From an uncultured Chloroflexia bacterium (GTDB lineage: Bacteria; Chloroflexota; Limnocylindria; Limnocylindrales; CSP1-4), in assembly GCA_963752475.1 (NCBI GenBank), contig CAVVYR010000004.1, positions 64,001 to 128,000 on the forward strand: DNA of 64,000 nucleotides. Direction: 5' to 3'. Shown here piece after piece: positions 1 to 8,788 of this stretch. Within the stretch, counting starts at the first letter, position 1. The number at the start of each line of letters is the position of its first letter. Under the pieces are notes generated by a model, which was not told the DNA's origin, searched no databases, and saw only the letters and a list, made by a program, of their open reading frames with translations. Position numbers and translations under genes: made by a program.

Positions 1-12
1 CGTCGTTCGGTG

Positions 13-831
13 TCAGTTCTGGCGCGAGGACGCCAGGAACCCGGTGATGCGGGCAGCCAGCTCTTCGGGCGCCTCCAAGCCGGGAAGGTGCGCGACGCCC
101 GGGATGATCGCCGCGCTCGCGCTAGGGACGTTGGCCGCGAGGTACTCGGTCGCCTCGAGGTGGTACGAGAAGTCGAGCTCGCCGCAGACGGCCAGCACCG
201 GCATCGTCAGGCGCTCGAGCTGCTCCGAGGCCGGTGGCTGCAAACGGACCGAGCGCCCGCGCTCGCGGCCCGGCTCGTTGATGGCGTGATCCATCTCGCG
301 CACAAGCTCACGGATGTCTTCGGGCACGCGGTTCGGGGGTTGGCCCGGGCCGTCGACCCAGGCACGCACGTCCGCGTCTGCGATGGCAGCGGGGTCGCCG
401 GCCTTCGCGGTCGCCTCGAGCTCGTCCTCGATGGCCTCCTCTTCTGGCTTCAGGCCCGGCCAGTGGTCGGGCACGATCGAACCGATGGTCACCAGCGCGG
501 AGACCCGGCCGGGGAACTCGATGGCCGTGTCGAGGGCGATCTGGCCGCCGATGGAGTTTCCCACCAGCACGGCCTGCCCGAAACCGAGCGCATCGAGCAC
601 CGCGATCGTGTCGGCACGATGGCTGAACTCCGCGTCTTCGGTGGTGCTGCCGCCGATCCCGCGTCGGTCGAATGCCACCACCCGGTAGCCCTCTCGTAGC
701 AGGAGCGGCGTCAGCGGCTCCCAAGCCCAGGAGTCGACGATGCCGGCGTGGAGCAGAACGATCGGCGGGCCCTCCCCGAAGTCATGGACCTCCAACCGAC
801 CCCCTGGGACATCGACGTGGCGCTGGGTCAT
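13..831 (-). CDS. alpha/beta fold hydrolase
   Basis: LLHAG oxyanion motif, GNSIGG nucleophile elbow, C-terminal catalytic His (GVAHLP). Confidence 0.9.
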   Translation of the reverse strand: MTQRHVDVPGGRLEVHDFGEGPPIVLLHAGIVDSWAWEPLTPLLLREGYRVVAFDRRGIGGSTTEDAEFSHRADTIAVLDALGFGQAVLVGNSIGGQIALDTAIEFPGRVSALVTIGSIVPDHWPGLKPEEEAIEDELEATAKAGDPAAIADADVRAWVDGPGQPPNRVPEDIRELVREMDHAINEPGRERGRSVRLQPPASEQLERLTMPVLAVCGELDFSYHLEATEYLAANVPSASAAIIPGVAHLPGLEAPEELAARITGFLASSRQN

Positions 832-840
832 GAAGTGCTC

Positions 841-2169
841 CTATGCCACCGAGTAGAGCTGGTGGTCGCCGGGCACACCCTTGAGCTGGTGCACACCCTG
901 GTCGTGGAACGAGAGGCCGCTGCCGGCGGTGATCATGGGCACGATGGCACTGACCCAGACCTCACCCGGTTTAGCCATCGCGGCCACACGCGCTCCGGTA
1001 TGGACGGCGATGCCCGCCACGCCGCCGTCGAGCAGCTCTACTTCCCCGGTATGGACACCCGCACGGATCGCGAGGCCCAGCGGCGCGACGGTCTGCTGGA
1101 TGGAACGAGCGCAAGCAATGGCCCGAGCCGGTCCGTCGAAGGTGGCCAGGATGCCGTCGCCGGCCATGTCGACCTCCTGTCCCTGGTGGCGTTCGACCGA
1201 CTCGCGCACGATGCGGTGATGCTGCTCCAGCAGCTCACGCCAGCGGCGGTCGCCCAACTCAGTGGCGTGCGTCGTGGAGTCGACGATGTCCGTGAAGAGG
1301 ACGGTGGCCAGCACGCGGTCGACGGTGGTCGGTGGGGCGTCACGCTCGCCGGTGACGAACTCGCGCAGCTCAGCGATGGAGCGGTCGGCTTCTTCCGCCC
1401 ACAGGAAGTGGTCTGAGCCCGGACTCTCGACGAAACGGGAGTCTGGGATCGTGCGCGCGAGGAACCGAGCGTTCTCTACCGAGCAGACCCTGTCGCCGAC
1501 CGTGTGATAGATGAGCGTGGGGACTGCGATGTGAGGGACCACGTGACGCACGTCGATGTCGTGGGCCATACGCGCGAACGCCTTCCAGCCGCCGGGCGTG
1601 GCCGAGTTGCGTTGGAGTCGCCCGAACCATTCGGCGATCTCCGGGTCATCACCGATGCTGGGGATGAAGACACTCAGCGAGCGGGGCTTGCCCCAGCGCT
1701 CATCGACGCTGGCAATGTACTCCTCGAACTCGGCGTCGGTGCCTTCACCCCAGGGCCACTCCTCGTCGCGACGCTCGCGGACCTCCGCGCCGGCCAGGAC
1801 GAGGCCCTGCGTGCGCTCTGGATAGGCGGCTGCGAAGAGCATCGACAGCGGCCCGCCTTCCGACTGTCCGATGAGCACCGCGCGCTCGCTTCCGATGGCG
1901 TCCATCACCGCGCGGATGTCATCCATGCGTGTCTCGAGCGTGGTCGCACCGGGGACGCGATCGGACATGCCCATGCCGCGCTTGTCGAAGCGGATGAGCC
2001 GGGCAAACTCGCCGATCCGCTCACACCAGGCGCGGAACAGCGGTTGGTCCCACCAGACCTCGAGGTGAGAGATAGCCCCCTGCACGTGGACGATGTCGAC
2101 TGGGCCCTCCCCGTTCATGGAGTAGGCCACCGAGACATCACCGCTCTGAGCGAAGCGCACGTCGGGCAT
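841..2169 (-). CDS. alpha/beta hydrolase - class III adenylate/guanylate cyclase fusion (LipJ/Rv1900c-like)
   Basis: N-terminal hydrolase (FDKRGMG, GQSEGG); cyclase motifs FTDIVDST, GDG, RAGVHTGEV, AVHTGARV. Confidence 0.9.
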   Translation of the reverse strand: MPDVRFAQSGDVSVAYSMNGEGPVDIVHVQGAISHLEVWWDQPLFRAWCERIGEFARLIRFDKRGMGMSDRVPGATTLETRMDDIRAVMDAIGSERAVLIGQSEGGPLSMLFAAAYPERTQGLVLAGAEVRERRDEEWPWGEGTDAEFEEYIASVDERWGKPRSLSVFIPSIGDDPEIAEWFGRLQRNSATPGGWKAFARMAHDIDVRHVVPHIAVPTLIYHTVGDRVCSVENARFLARTIPDSRFVESPGSDHFLWAEEADRSIAELREFVTGERDAPPTTVDRVLATVLFTDIVDSTTHATELGDRRWRELLEQHHRIVRESVERHQGQEVDMAGDGILATFDGPARAIACARSIQQTVAPLGLAIRAGVHTGEVELLDGGVAGIAVHTGARVAAMAKPGEVWVSAIVPMITAGSGLSFHDQGVHQLKGVPGDHQLYSVA

Positions 2170-2307
2170 GGCCCGAGGATAGGGAACCGCGGGTCGAATA
2201 GCGCGCCCGTCTCGAAAATGGGCACCTGCTGGCTAGACGATGGTCAGCTCAAGATGCCGACCCCATGACACCGTTTGGGCGTCAGCAGGCGGCTGACGGA
2301 GTCCGGG

Positions 2308-2922
2308 TCAGCCTGGCGCAGCGATGGCCGCCGGGACGTCGATGTCGATGGAGTCGATGGGCAGTGATACGGTCGAACCGATCGGCGGGAGGGCGCCGGG
2401 GAAGATGAGTCCCTGGCTGCGCCAGACGTTGCCCATGCCGCCGGCGGTCACCACGTAGCTGTAGCCCTCGTATTCGCCCGTGCCCTCCAGCCAGTACGTC
2501 TGCACGAATGCGCCGTTGGCCAGACTGCCGCTGAAGGTGCCCTCCCAGCTCCCGCCCTCGTTGACGAGCTGCATCTCGCCATAGCGCACCTGGGTGGCGC
2601 CGACGGTCCCGTCGGCTTCCGGGTAGGCGTCGTAGTTGACGGTGATGACGGCCTGGCCGGACACCCGCTCGTCACTCGAAGCCTCGACCGTGGTCAGCTC
2701 ATTGCCGCGCAGTCGGAAGACGGACCCATCGAGCGCCACGACACCGGGGCTGCGCTGCCCGACGAGCGTCGAGGTGCCCTGGACGGACACCGCCGCGAGC
2801 GGTTCAGCCGCTTGCTCACCAGCGCTGGGTTCCGCCGCCTCCTGGGCAGCGGTCGCGGTTCCCCCGAAGGCCAGGAGCGCGCCGAAGCACAGCGCCGCCC
2901 GGGCCGAACGATCCTTCACCAT
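2308..2922 (-). CDS. secreted hypothetical protein (one copy of a beta-rich domain shared with 4596..5708)
   Basis: AGGAG RBS before ATG 2922; signal peptide ending ATAA-Q; SDERVSG / GGSWEG / GTGEYEG motifs. Confidence 0.7.
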   Translation of the reverse strand: MVKDRSARAALCFGALLAFGGTATAAQEAAEPSAGEQAAEPLAAVSVQGTSTLVGQRSPGVVALDGSVFRLRGNELTTVEASSDERVSGQAVITVNYDAYPEADGTVGATQVRYGEMQLVNEGGSWEGTFSGSLANGAFVQTYWLEGTGEYEGYSYVVTAGGMGNVWRSQGLIFPGALPPIGSTVSLPIDSIDIDVPAAIAAPG

Positions 2923-3029
2923 CGTCAGTCTCCTGCAGGACACCGGGGCCGGCCATCACGCCACGGGGTCAGGAGCAGGGTACCCCCCTGTCGGTAGAAG
3001 GCGTCGGCTCGAACCCGTGGCCGGCGGGG

Positions 3030-3530
3030 CTAGAGCTGGGCGATGAGTCCCTCGATCGCCGCGCGCATGCGCTCGACAGCGACCGCATCCGGCGCGGCCG
3101 TCAGGTCCACCGCTTCGACGACGAGCCCAATGAAGCGGCCCTGAAGCGGCTCCGGGCGCACGAGCTGGGCCATGGCGATGACCTCGTCGATGGGCTGGAT
3201 CGTGGACGAGCTGGCCTCGAGCGGCTCCTCTCGGCCCACGAGCTCGATGAAGGGCACCTCCTCGATGCCATCGGCCTCGCCGAGGATGGTGTCGGCGATG
3301 ACGACGAACGTGCCCGCGGAGAGATCGCGCAGGTACTCGGGGCGCATGGGGCCGGTGAGCTTGAGGTCGATGCGCTCGAGCACAGCAGCGGGCAGACTCT
3401 TGCAGGCGGCGATGGCGACGGAGTCGTGCTCGCTATGGGCGGGATCACCGCAGGCGAAGACGACGACTTCGGCGCGCTGTTCTGTGAGCGACTCGGGCGC
3501 ACGTCCCGGGAGCTGATCGAGGCGGTCCAC
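3030..3530 (-). CDS. hydrogenase maturation protease-like protein (degenerate motifs)
   Basis: VVVFACGD-x5-DSVA resembles GN-x3-DDGxG; VVIAD; SSSTI in place of STH; GTG start overlaps the upstream stop. Confidence 0.55.
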   Translation of the reverse strand: MDRLDQLPGRAPESLTEQRAEVVVFACGDPAHSEHDSVAIAACKSLPAAVLERIDLKLTGPMRPEYLRDLSAGTFVVIADTILGEADGIEEVPFIELVGREEPLEASSSTIQPIDEVIAMAQLVRPEPLQGRFIGLVVEAVDLTAAPDAVAVERMRAAIEGLIAQL

Positions 3531-4012
3531 TACCAGGGCGGCCGCTGCTCGGAGCCGTACAGGTCCAGCAGCTGCTGGCGGGTGGCTTCCAGGCGCCGCG
3601 CCAGTGCTTCGGCCAGGCGGGGATAGACGCCCGCCGAGAGCACGCAGTCGGCCTTGAGCTCCGCGCGCAGCGCATCGGCCTCGACCGCGATGACCTTGAC
3701 CGGCTCCAGGCTCACGACCGTGGCCGTGGCCCGATACGGCGGGATGAGGGCGGACCAGCCGAAGACGTCACCCGGCTCGGCGCTCATCAGCGTCACCGAG
3801 CCGCGGCCGGCGACATGCTCGGTCAGCGCGATGCGGCCGTCGACGAGGATGCTCAGCTCCTTGGTCTCGTCGCCCTCGCGCAGCAGGCGGGTTCGAGCCG
3901 GCGCCTCGTACTCGCGCGCCATCGAACTGAGTCGCCGGAGCGATTCGTCGGGCAGGTCGGAGCCGAACCAGGTCGCGCGGATGTGCTCGGCGAGGAGGGT
4001 GGGATCACTCAT
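3530..4012 (-). CDS. cyclic nucleotide-binding domain protein
   Basis: LLREGD, ILVDGRI, PGDVFGWSAL and ATATV cNMP-domain motifs; no HTH tail. Confidence 0.85.
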   Translation of the reverse strand: MSDPTLLAEHIRATWFGSDLPDESLRRLSSMAREYEAPARTRLLREGDETKELSILVDGRIALTEHVAGRGSVTLMSAEPGDVFGWSALIPPYRATATVVSLEPVKVIAVEADALRAELKADCVLSAGVYPRLAEALARRLEATRQQLLDLYGSEQRPPW

Positions 4013-4120
4013 CGAGCCATCACCCTAGCGGAAGACCCGCAGCGCTACAGGGCCAAGGGCCACGACCGAATGGGCCGCTCGGCATCGCGCAGGCTGGCGC
4101 GACGAGCGCATCATGGAGCC

Positions 4121-4453
4121 ATGCACGACGCAGGTGAGGTCGGCGAGGCCATCGCGAAGGCGATCGGCGGCTGGCCCAAGGGCGGCAAGGGCGGCCAGCT
4201 GGAGCTGGAGATCCGCGACGCCACTCGCCTGGAATCTGAGTCGGTGGCACTCGACGCGGCGTACTACCTCGTCGATCACGGCTTCGCCAGCACGACCTTC
4301 ACCATCACCACCAATGACGTCCACTGCCCGCAGTGCGGCGAGCTGGGTATGCACTCATCGCCGGACGAGCCGCGCTGCGAACACTGCGGCGCTCCCCTGC
4401 CCCAGGTGGCGGGGCCGGCGGTCGTCTGTCGCGTGGTCGTTCCCTGCGCCTGA
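4121..4453 (+). CDS. hypA: HypA/HybF-like nickel metallochaperone (MHD N-terminus)
   Basis: starts MHD (canonical MHE); two CxxC pairs (CPQC, CEHC); about 110 aa. Confidence 0.6.
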   Translation: MHDAGEVGEAIAKAIGGWPKGGKGGQLELEIRDATRLESESVALDAAYYLVDHGFASTTFTITTNDVHCPQCGELGMHSSPDEPRCEHCGAPLPQVAGPAVVCRVVVPCA

Positions 4454-4463
4454 AGTAGCACCT

Positions 4464-4540
4464 GCCGGCGTCTGCGGCTGGCGCTGCCGCGCGTCTGCGG
4501 CTGGCGCTGCCGGGGTCGGGCTGGCGCTGCCGGGTGGCGT
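4464..4540. repeat. short tandem repeat, GGCTGGCGCTGCCG core x3, between convergent genes
   Basis: GCGTCTGCGGCTGGCGCTGCCG twice plus a third partial copy. Confidence 0.75.
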
Positions 4541-4595
4541 CAGCGGGGCGACAATCGGCGACATCGGCCTCACCTGGCGCCGAGGGCACCCCCCG

Positions 4596-5708
4596 CTACT
4601 CGATGACCGGCCCCACGGGATCGGGCATCGGCGCCACCAGCTCGGTGGGGAAGATCAGACCCCACGATGCCTGGTCGAGATAGTCCCCGGACTGGCTGAG
4701 GTAGAGGGTCAGGCCTTCGTAGCCGCCCTCTCCTGTGAGCGGCAGGAGACCCGTGAACTGCATGACCTGATCGGTGTGAGCGAAGATCATCGGCCCCGAA
4801 CCCGACCACGAGCCACCGTCGTTGGTCAGGCGGAGCGCAACCGACCATGTCTGCACCACGCCGTCGTCGAGCTCGATCTGCGTGCGGTTATCCGACGACC
4901 GCAGGAGCCCCGATGCGCGCGGGTCGGTCGCCTCGATGCGGTCCACCATCATCGTCCCGCGGGACTCGCTCACCGAGCCCTCGGCGCTATGGTGATCGGT
5001 GCCCCAGTCCGGCTCCTCCACCTGCTCGGTCGTGTAGACGAAGGCCGCGGGAGCCATCGGATCGGACGGAGTCTCGGCGGACGCGGTGGCCTCCGGGTCT
5101 GGCGCCTTTCGCACCAGGAAGCCCTCCTCGTCCGACGGCTCGGCCGGGTCCGGGAAGCCCGCCGGCTCACCCTCGAAGATCCAGCCGTCGTACCCGACTT
5201 CCCACGGTGCGTGGGCATCCGCGCCGGTCGTGCCACGAAGGAGCAGGGACAGACCGTCATAGGCCCCCTCTCCGACCAGCTCGTAGTAGCTATCACGCGC
5301 GTCCTCGGCCAAGAGGGATCGACCGGTACCGCGCCAGGAGCCCTCGTCGCCGAGCAGGAGGTGGCTCGTTTGCATCGTCATCACGCCGGCTTCGGGGTCT
5401 TCGTAGATGGCCAGGTCCAGTCGGATCCAGTGCTCACTCGGGAGACGCGGATCGTTCCACTCCACCCACTGCCCCAGGACGTGACCTGCTTCTCGTGAAA
5501 CCCCAGGCTCATCAGTGACGGTCACCGTGTCCTGGACTCCAGTGTCCTCGTTGCCGTCTGGGCCGCTGTAGGAGGCGATCTCCACCACCGTCCCGGTCAC
5601 GTGCGTGGGCAGGGGCAGTTCCTCGTCTTGAGCGTGCACGGCCATCGAACTCGCGACGAGGATCGCCGCGATGACCAGGGCTCGCACGGTCGTCGCCAGA
5701 GTGCGCAT
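4596..5708 (-). CDS. secreted protein with two tandem beta-rich domains
   Basis: signal peptide (AVHA-Q); DPR..S / G.W.G.G / GEG.Y.GL motifs occur twice. Confidence 0.75.
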   Translation of the reverse strand: MRTLATTVRALVIAAILVASSMAVHAQDEELPLPTHVTGTVVEIASYSGPDGNEDTGVQDTVTVTDEPGVSREAGHVLGQWVEWNDPRLPSEHWIRLDLAIYEDPEAGVMTMQTSHLLLGDEGSWRGTGRSLLAEDARDSYYELVGEGAYDGLSLLLRGTTGADAHAPWEVGYDGWIFEGEPAGFPDPAEPSDEEGFLVRKAPDPEATASAETPSDPMAPAAFVYTTEQVEEPDWGTDHHSAEGSVSESRGTMMVDRIEATDPRASGLLRSSDNRTQIELDDGVVQTWSVALRLTNDGGSWSGSGPMIFAHTDQVMQFTGLLPLTGEGGYEGLTLYLSQSGDYLDQASWGLIFPTELVAPMPDPVGPVIE

Positions 5709-5899
5709 GACATCCCCCTTCATGCGCGGGCCGGTTTCGCCAGTGGCTCGGCGCGGCCCAGGCGGCCAAGGGTGGAGCCGCGCTTCAGTGCCTCCCGCTA
5801 CCTACTGATTCTCCCGCACGCGTCCAACGCCTGACACCTTCCGGCACCGTTGATGTCGTAGAACAGTGATCTCTTCCGGCGCCGCAGAACCCCGGGGCA

Positions 5900-6051
5900 C
5901 TAGGCTGACGCTCGGGACCCCGCTTCGCGCCCGCTTGGAGCGTCATTCGAGCCCACGGGCACTGACTGACGCCGCACGTGGACGATCGAGTGCCCCATGG
6001 ATGAGATGACGCTTGGCGAGGCCGTTTCAGAGCAGCCGAGCGTCAGCCTAG
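5900..6051. mobile_element. MITE/REP-like hairpin element, copy 1
   Basis: perfect 16-bp terminal inverted repeats CTAGGCTGACGCTCGG / CCGAGCGTCAGCCTAG; inner stem; second copy at 45801. Confidence 0.7.
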
Positions 6052-6085
6052 GCTCCACAGGATGGTCGAGCCGACAGCTGCAGTT

Positions 6086-7396
6086 CTACGCCGGTGTCGA
6101 CTCCCGGGGCAGATTGGCCGAGCGATAGATGAGCAGTCCCACCACGAGCGAGATGGCCAGGCCCACGACGAAGAACCAGAACGGCAGGCCGACACCGATC
6201 TCGAAGAGGTTGCCGGCCACCAGCGAGGCCACGACAAGAGCCAGGGTCGCGGTCGCCCCGAAGAGACCCTGCGCGGTCGAGGAACGCCCCGCCGGTGTGC
6301 CCTTCGCGAGCATGGCGTAGAGCGCCGGTGCCATCGCCGCGGTGGCGGCCGCCTCGAACGGCACCGCCAGCGTGGGCACGTAGTAGTGCGTGGCCGTGGC
6401 ATAGACGGCACCGGAGACGAGGATGACGGCACCGCTCGCGATGATCACCCCGACCGGCCCACGGCGGTCGACCACGCGTCCGGCCAGGGGCCCCATGAGC
6501 ATCTCGGGGATGCCGAAGACGACGAAGGTGAGGCTGACCCAGGCCACTGACGCACCGAGCGCGATGAGGTACAGCGACCACACCACCTCGTATGTGCCGA
6601 ACGTGAGGTGCAGACCGAAGACCAGCACGAGCGCCGCGATGACCGTGCGGTTGAAGACGGCCCGCAGTGGCGCCTGCTTCGCGGGCGCGACCTCCTCGGT
6701 CGGCACCACCAGCGTCTGCGATGCGCTGTAGGGGTCCCCGGCCGGGATGGGCTTGGCCTCGGGATGGTGCTCGAACTCGGGCGATTCGACCGCGTGCGGA
6801 TTGGGGTCGAGGTAGCGGATGAGCACCACCACGCCCACGAGAGCAAGGGCGCTCGTGAAGAAGAAGGGGAAGGTGTAGCCACCGAAGATCGTGGCGCCGA
6901 GGCCACCGATCGCCGGGCCGATGACGAAGCCCGCGATCTGGAAGGAGCCGTAGAAGCCGAAGGCCTCGCCTCGCTCATCGGGTTCGGTGGCGTCGACGAC
7001 CATGCCGCGCGCGGCCGGGTCATAGGCGGCCGTGGAGACGCCGGCCAGGAAGCGCAGGACCACGAAGGCGGCGAAGGTCGTGAAGAACGCCGGCAGCACG
7101 CTCACCACCGCCAGCACCAGCAGGCCGCCGATCATCTGCGGCTTGCGCGAGTGCCGGTCGGCCCACCAGCCGAAGATGGGCTCGAAGAGGAGCTTGGCCA
7201 CGGCCCAGGCGGCGACGATGACGCCGAGCCCGGAGGGGTCGATGCCGTGCTCCTCGATGTACAGCGGCAGCACCGGCAGCAGCGCGCCGAAGCCGATGGT
7301 CACGATCATCTGCACCGCGAAGATGGGCAGCAGCGGATGCCAGCGCGTGAACCATGCGGAGATACGGTGCCGCCAGTCGGCGCGAGAAGTGGGCAT
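6086..7396 (-). CDS. MFS transporter (DHA1/TetA-like)
   Basis: GWWADRHSRK motif A; about 12 TM segments. Confidence 0.9.
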   Translation of the reverse strand: MPTSRADWRHRISAWFTRWHPLLPIFAVQMIVTIGFGALLPVLPLYIEEHGIDPSGLGVIVAAWAVAKLLFEPIFGWWADRHSRKPQMIGGLLVLAVVSVLPAFFTTFAAFVVLRFLAGVSTAAYDPAARGMVVDATEPDERGEAFGFYGSFQIAGFVIGPAIGGLGATIFGGYTFPFFFTSALALVGVVVLIRYLDPNPHAVESPEFEHHPEAKPIPAGDPYSASQTLVVPTEEVAPAKQAPLRAVFNRTVIAALVLVFGLHLTFGTYEVVWSLYLIALGASVAWVSLTFVVFGIPEMLMGPLAGRVVDRRGPVGVIIASGAVILVSGAVYATATHYYVPTLAVPFEAAATAAMAPALYAMLAKGTPAGRSSTAQGLFGATATLALVVASLVAGNLFEIGVGLPFWFFVVGLAISLVVGLLIYRSANLPRESTPA

Positions 7397-7406
7397 CGGG
7401 CCGAGC

Positions 7407-8717
7407 CTACTCCGTGGCGGCGCGTCCGGCTGCGGGCAGGGAGCGGTAGAGGAGCAAGCCGATGATCATCGAGACGCCGATGCCGACCACGAAGAAGACG
7501 AAGGGCAGGCTCATGTGGATCTCGAAGAGTGCACCGGCCACGACCGAGGCCACGATGAGCCCCAGCGTGCTCGTGGCGCCGAAGAGGCCCTGGGCCGTAG
7601 AGGCGCGACCCCGTGGCGTGCCTCGACCGAGGATCGTGTAGAGCGCAGGCATCATGGCCGCGGTCGCGGCCGCTTCGATCGGCGCCACGAACGACGAGGC
7701 CAGGTACGAGCGCGAGAGTGCATAGAACGTGCCCGTACACATGATCACGACCCCGGTGATGATGATCGGGCGCAGGGGGCCGTGGCGGTCGATGTAGCGG
7801 CCGGCGAACGGGGCCACCAGCATCTCCGGCAGCGAGAAGAGCACGAAGCTCACGCCGACCCAGGCCACCGAAGCGCCGAGGGCCACGAGGTACAGCGCCC
7901 ACACCACCTCGTACGTGCCGAACGTGAGGTGGAGGCCGAAGGTGAAGATGAGCGCGGTGATGACCGTGCGGTTGAAGACCGCGCTGATCGGAGCCTGCTC
8001 CTGGGGCTCGGGCGGGTCGGGCGGAACGATGGCCTGCTCGGAGGCACTGAAGGGCTCGCCGCTGATCCGGGAGATCGAGTCATGGTCGTGGTCGGCCGCG
8101 TCGGGCTCGACGAGCCTGGGGTTCGGTGAGAGGCGGAGGGCCAGGACGACAGCGCCGGCGATCGAGAGCAGCCCGGTGGCGATGAAGGGGAAGGCGAAGC
8201 CGCCGAAGATCGCGGCGCCGATGCCACCGATGGCCGGGCCCACCGCGAAGCCGCCGATCTGGAATGCGGCATAGATACCGAAGGCCTCGCCCCGCTCGTT
8301 CTCATCGGTGGCGTCGGTGACCATGCCCTTGGCAGCAGGATCGTAGGCGGCGGTCGCAGCACCGGCGATGAAGCGCAGGATGAACAGCGCCCAGAAGCCA
8401 TGGAACCACAGCGGCAACACGCTCGCGATGGCCAGCACCAAGAGGCCGGCGATCATGAGGGGCTTGCGCGAGTGGCGGTCGGCCCACCAGCCGAAGACCG
8501 GCTCGAACAGGAGCTTGGCGATGGACCAGGCCGCGATGATGAGCCCGATCTGCGCGGGGTCGATGCCCTGGTCCTCGACGAACAGCGTGAGCACCGGCAT
8601 CAGCGCGCCGAAGCCGATGAGCACGATGAACTCGGCCCCGAAGACCGGCAGCAGCGGCCGCCAGCGTCGGAGCCATGCGTCCATCCGGGCACGGCGATTC
8701 ATGGGAGGTTGGGCCAT
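7407..8717 (-). CDS. MFS transporter, close paralogue of 6086..7396
   Basis: same motif A and long near-identical blocks (AVFNRTVI, GLHLTFGTYEVVW). Confidence 0.9.
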   Translation of the reverse strand: MAQPPMNRRARMDAWLRRWRPLLPVFGAEFIVLIGFGALMPVLTLFVEDQGIDPAQIGLIIAAWSIAKLLFEPVFGWWADRHSRKPLMIAGLLVLAIASVLPLWFHGFWALFILRFIAGAATAAYDPAAKGMVTDATDENERGEAFGIYAAFQIGGFAVGPAIGGIGAAIFGGFAFPFIATGLLSIAGAVVLALRLSPNPRLVEPDAADHDHDSISRISGEPFSASEQAIVPPDPPEPQEQAPISAVFNRTVITALIFTFGLHLTFGTYEVVWALYLVALGASVAWVGVSFVLFSLPEMLVAPFAGRYIDRHGPLRPIIITGVVIMCTGTFYALSRSYLASSFVAPIEAAATAAMMPALYTILGRGTPRGRASTAQGLFGATSTLGLIVASVVAGALFEIHMSLPFVFFVVGIGVSMIIGLLLYRSLPAAGRAATE

Positions 8718-8788
8718 TCCGTCCGAGGGTATCGCGTCCGACACGCGTGCCACGCGAGCTGGCACAACGGCCGCGTACCATCGAGTCG

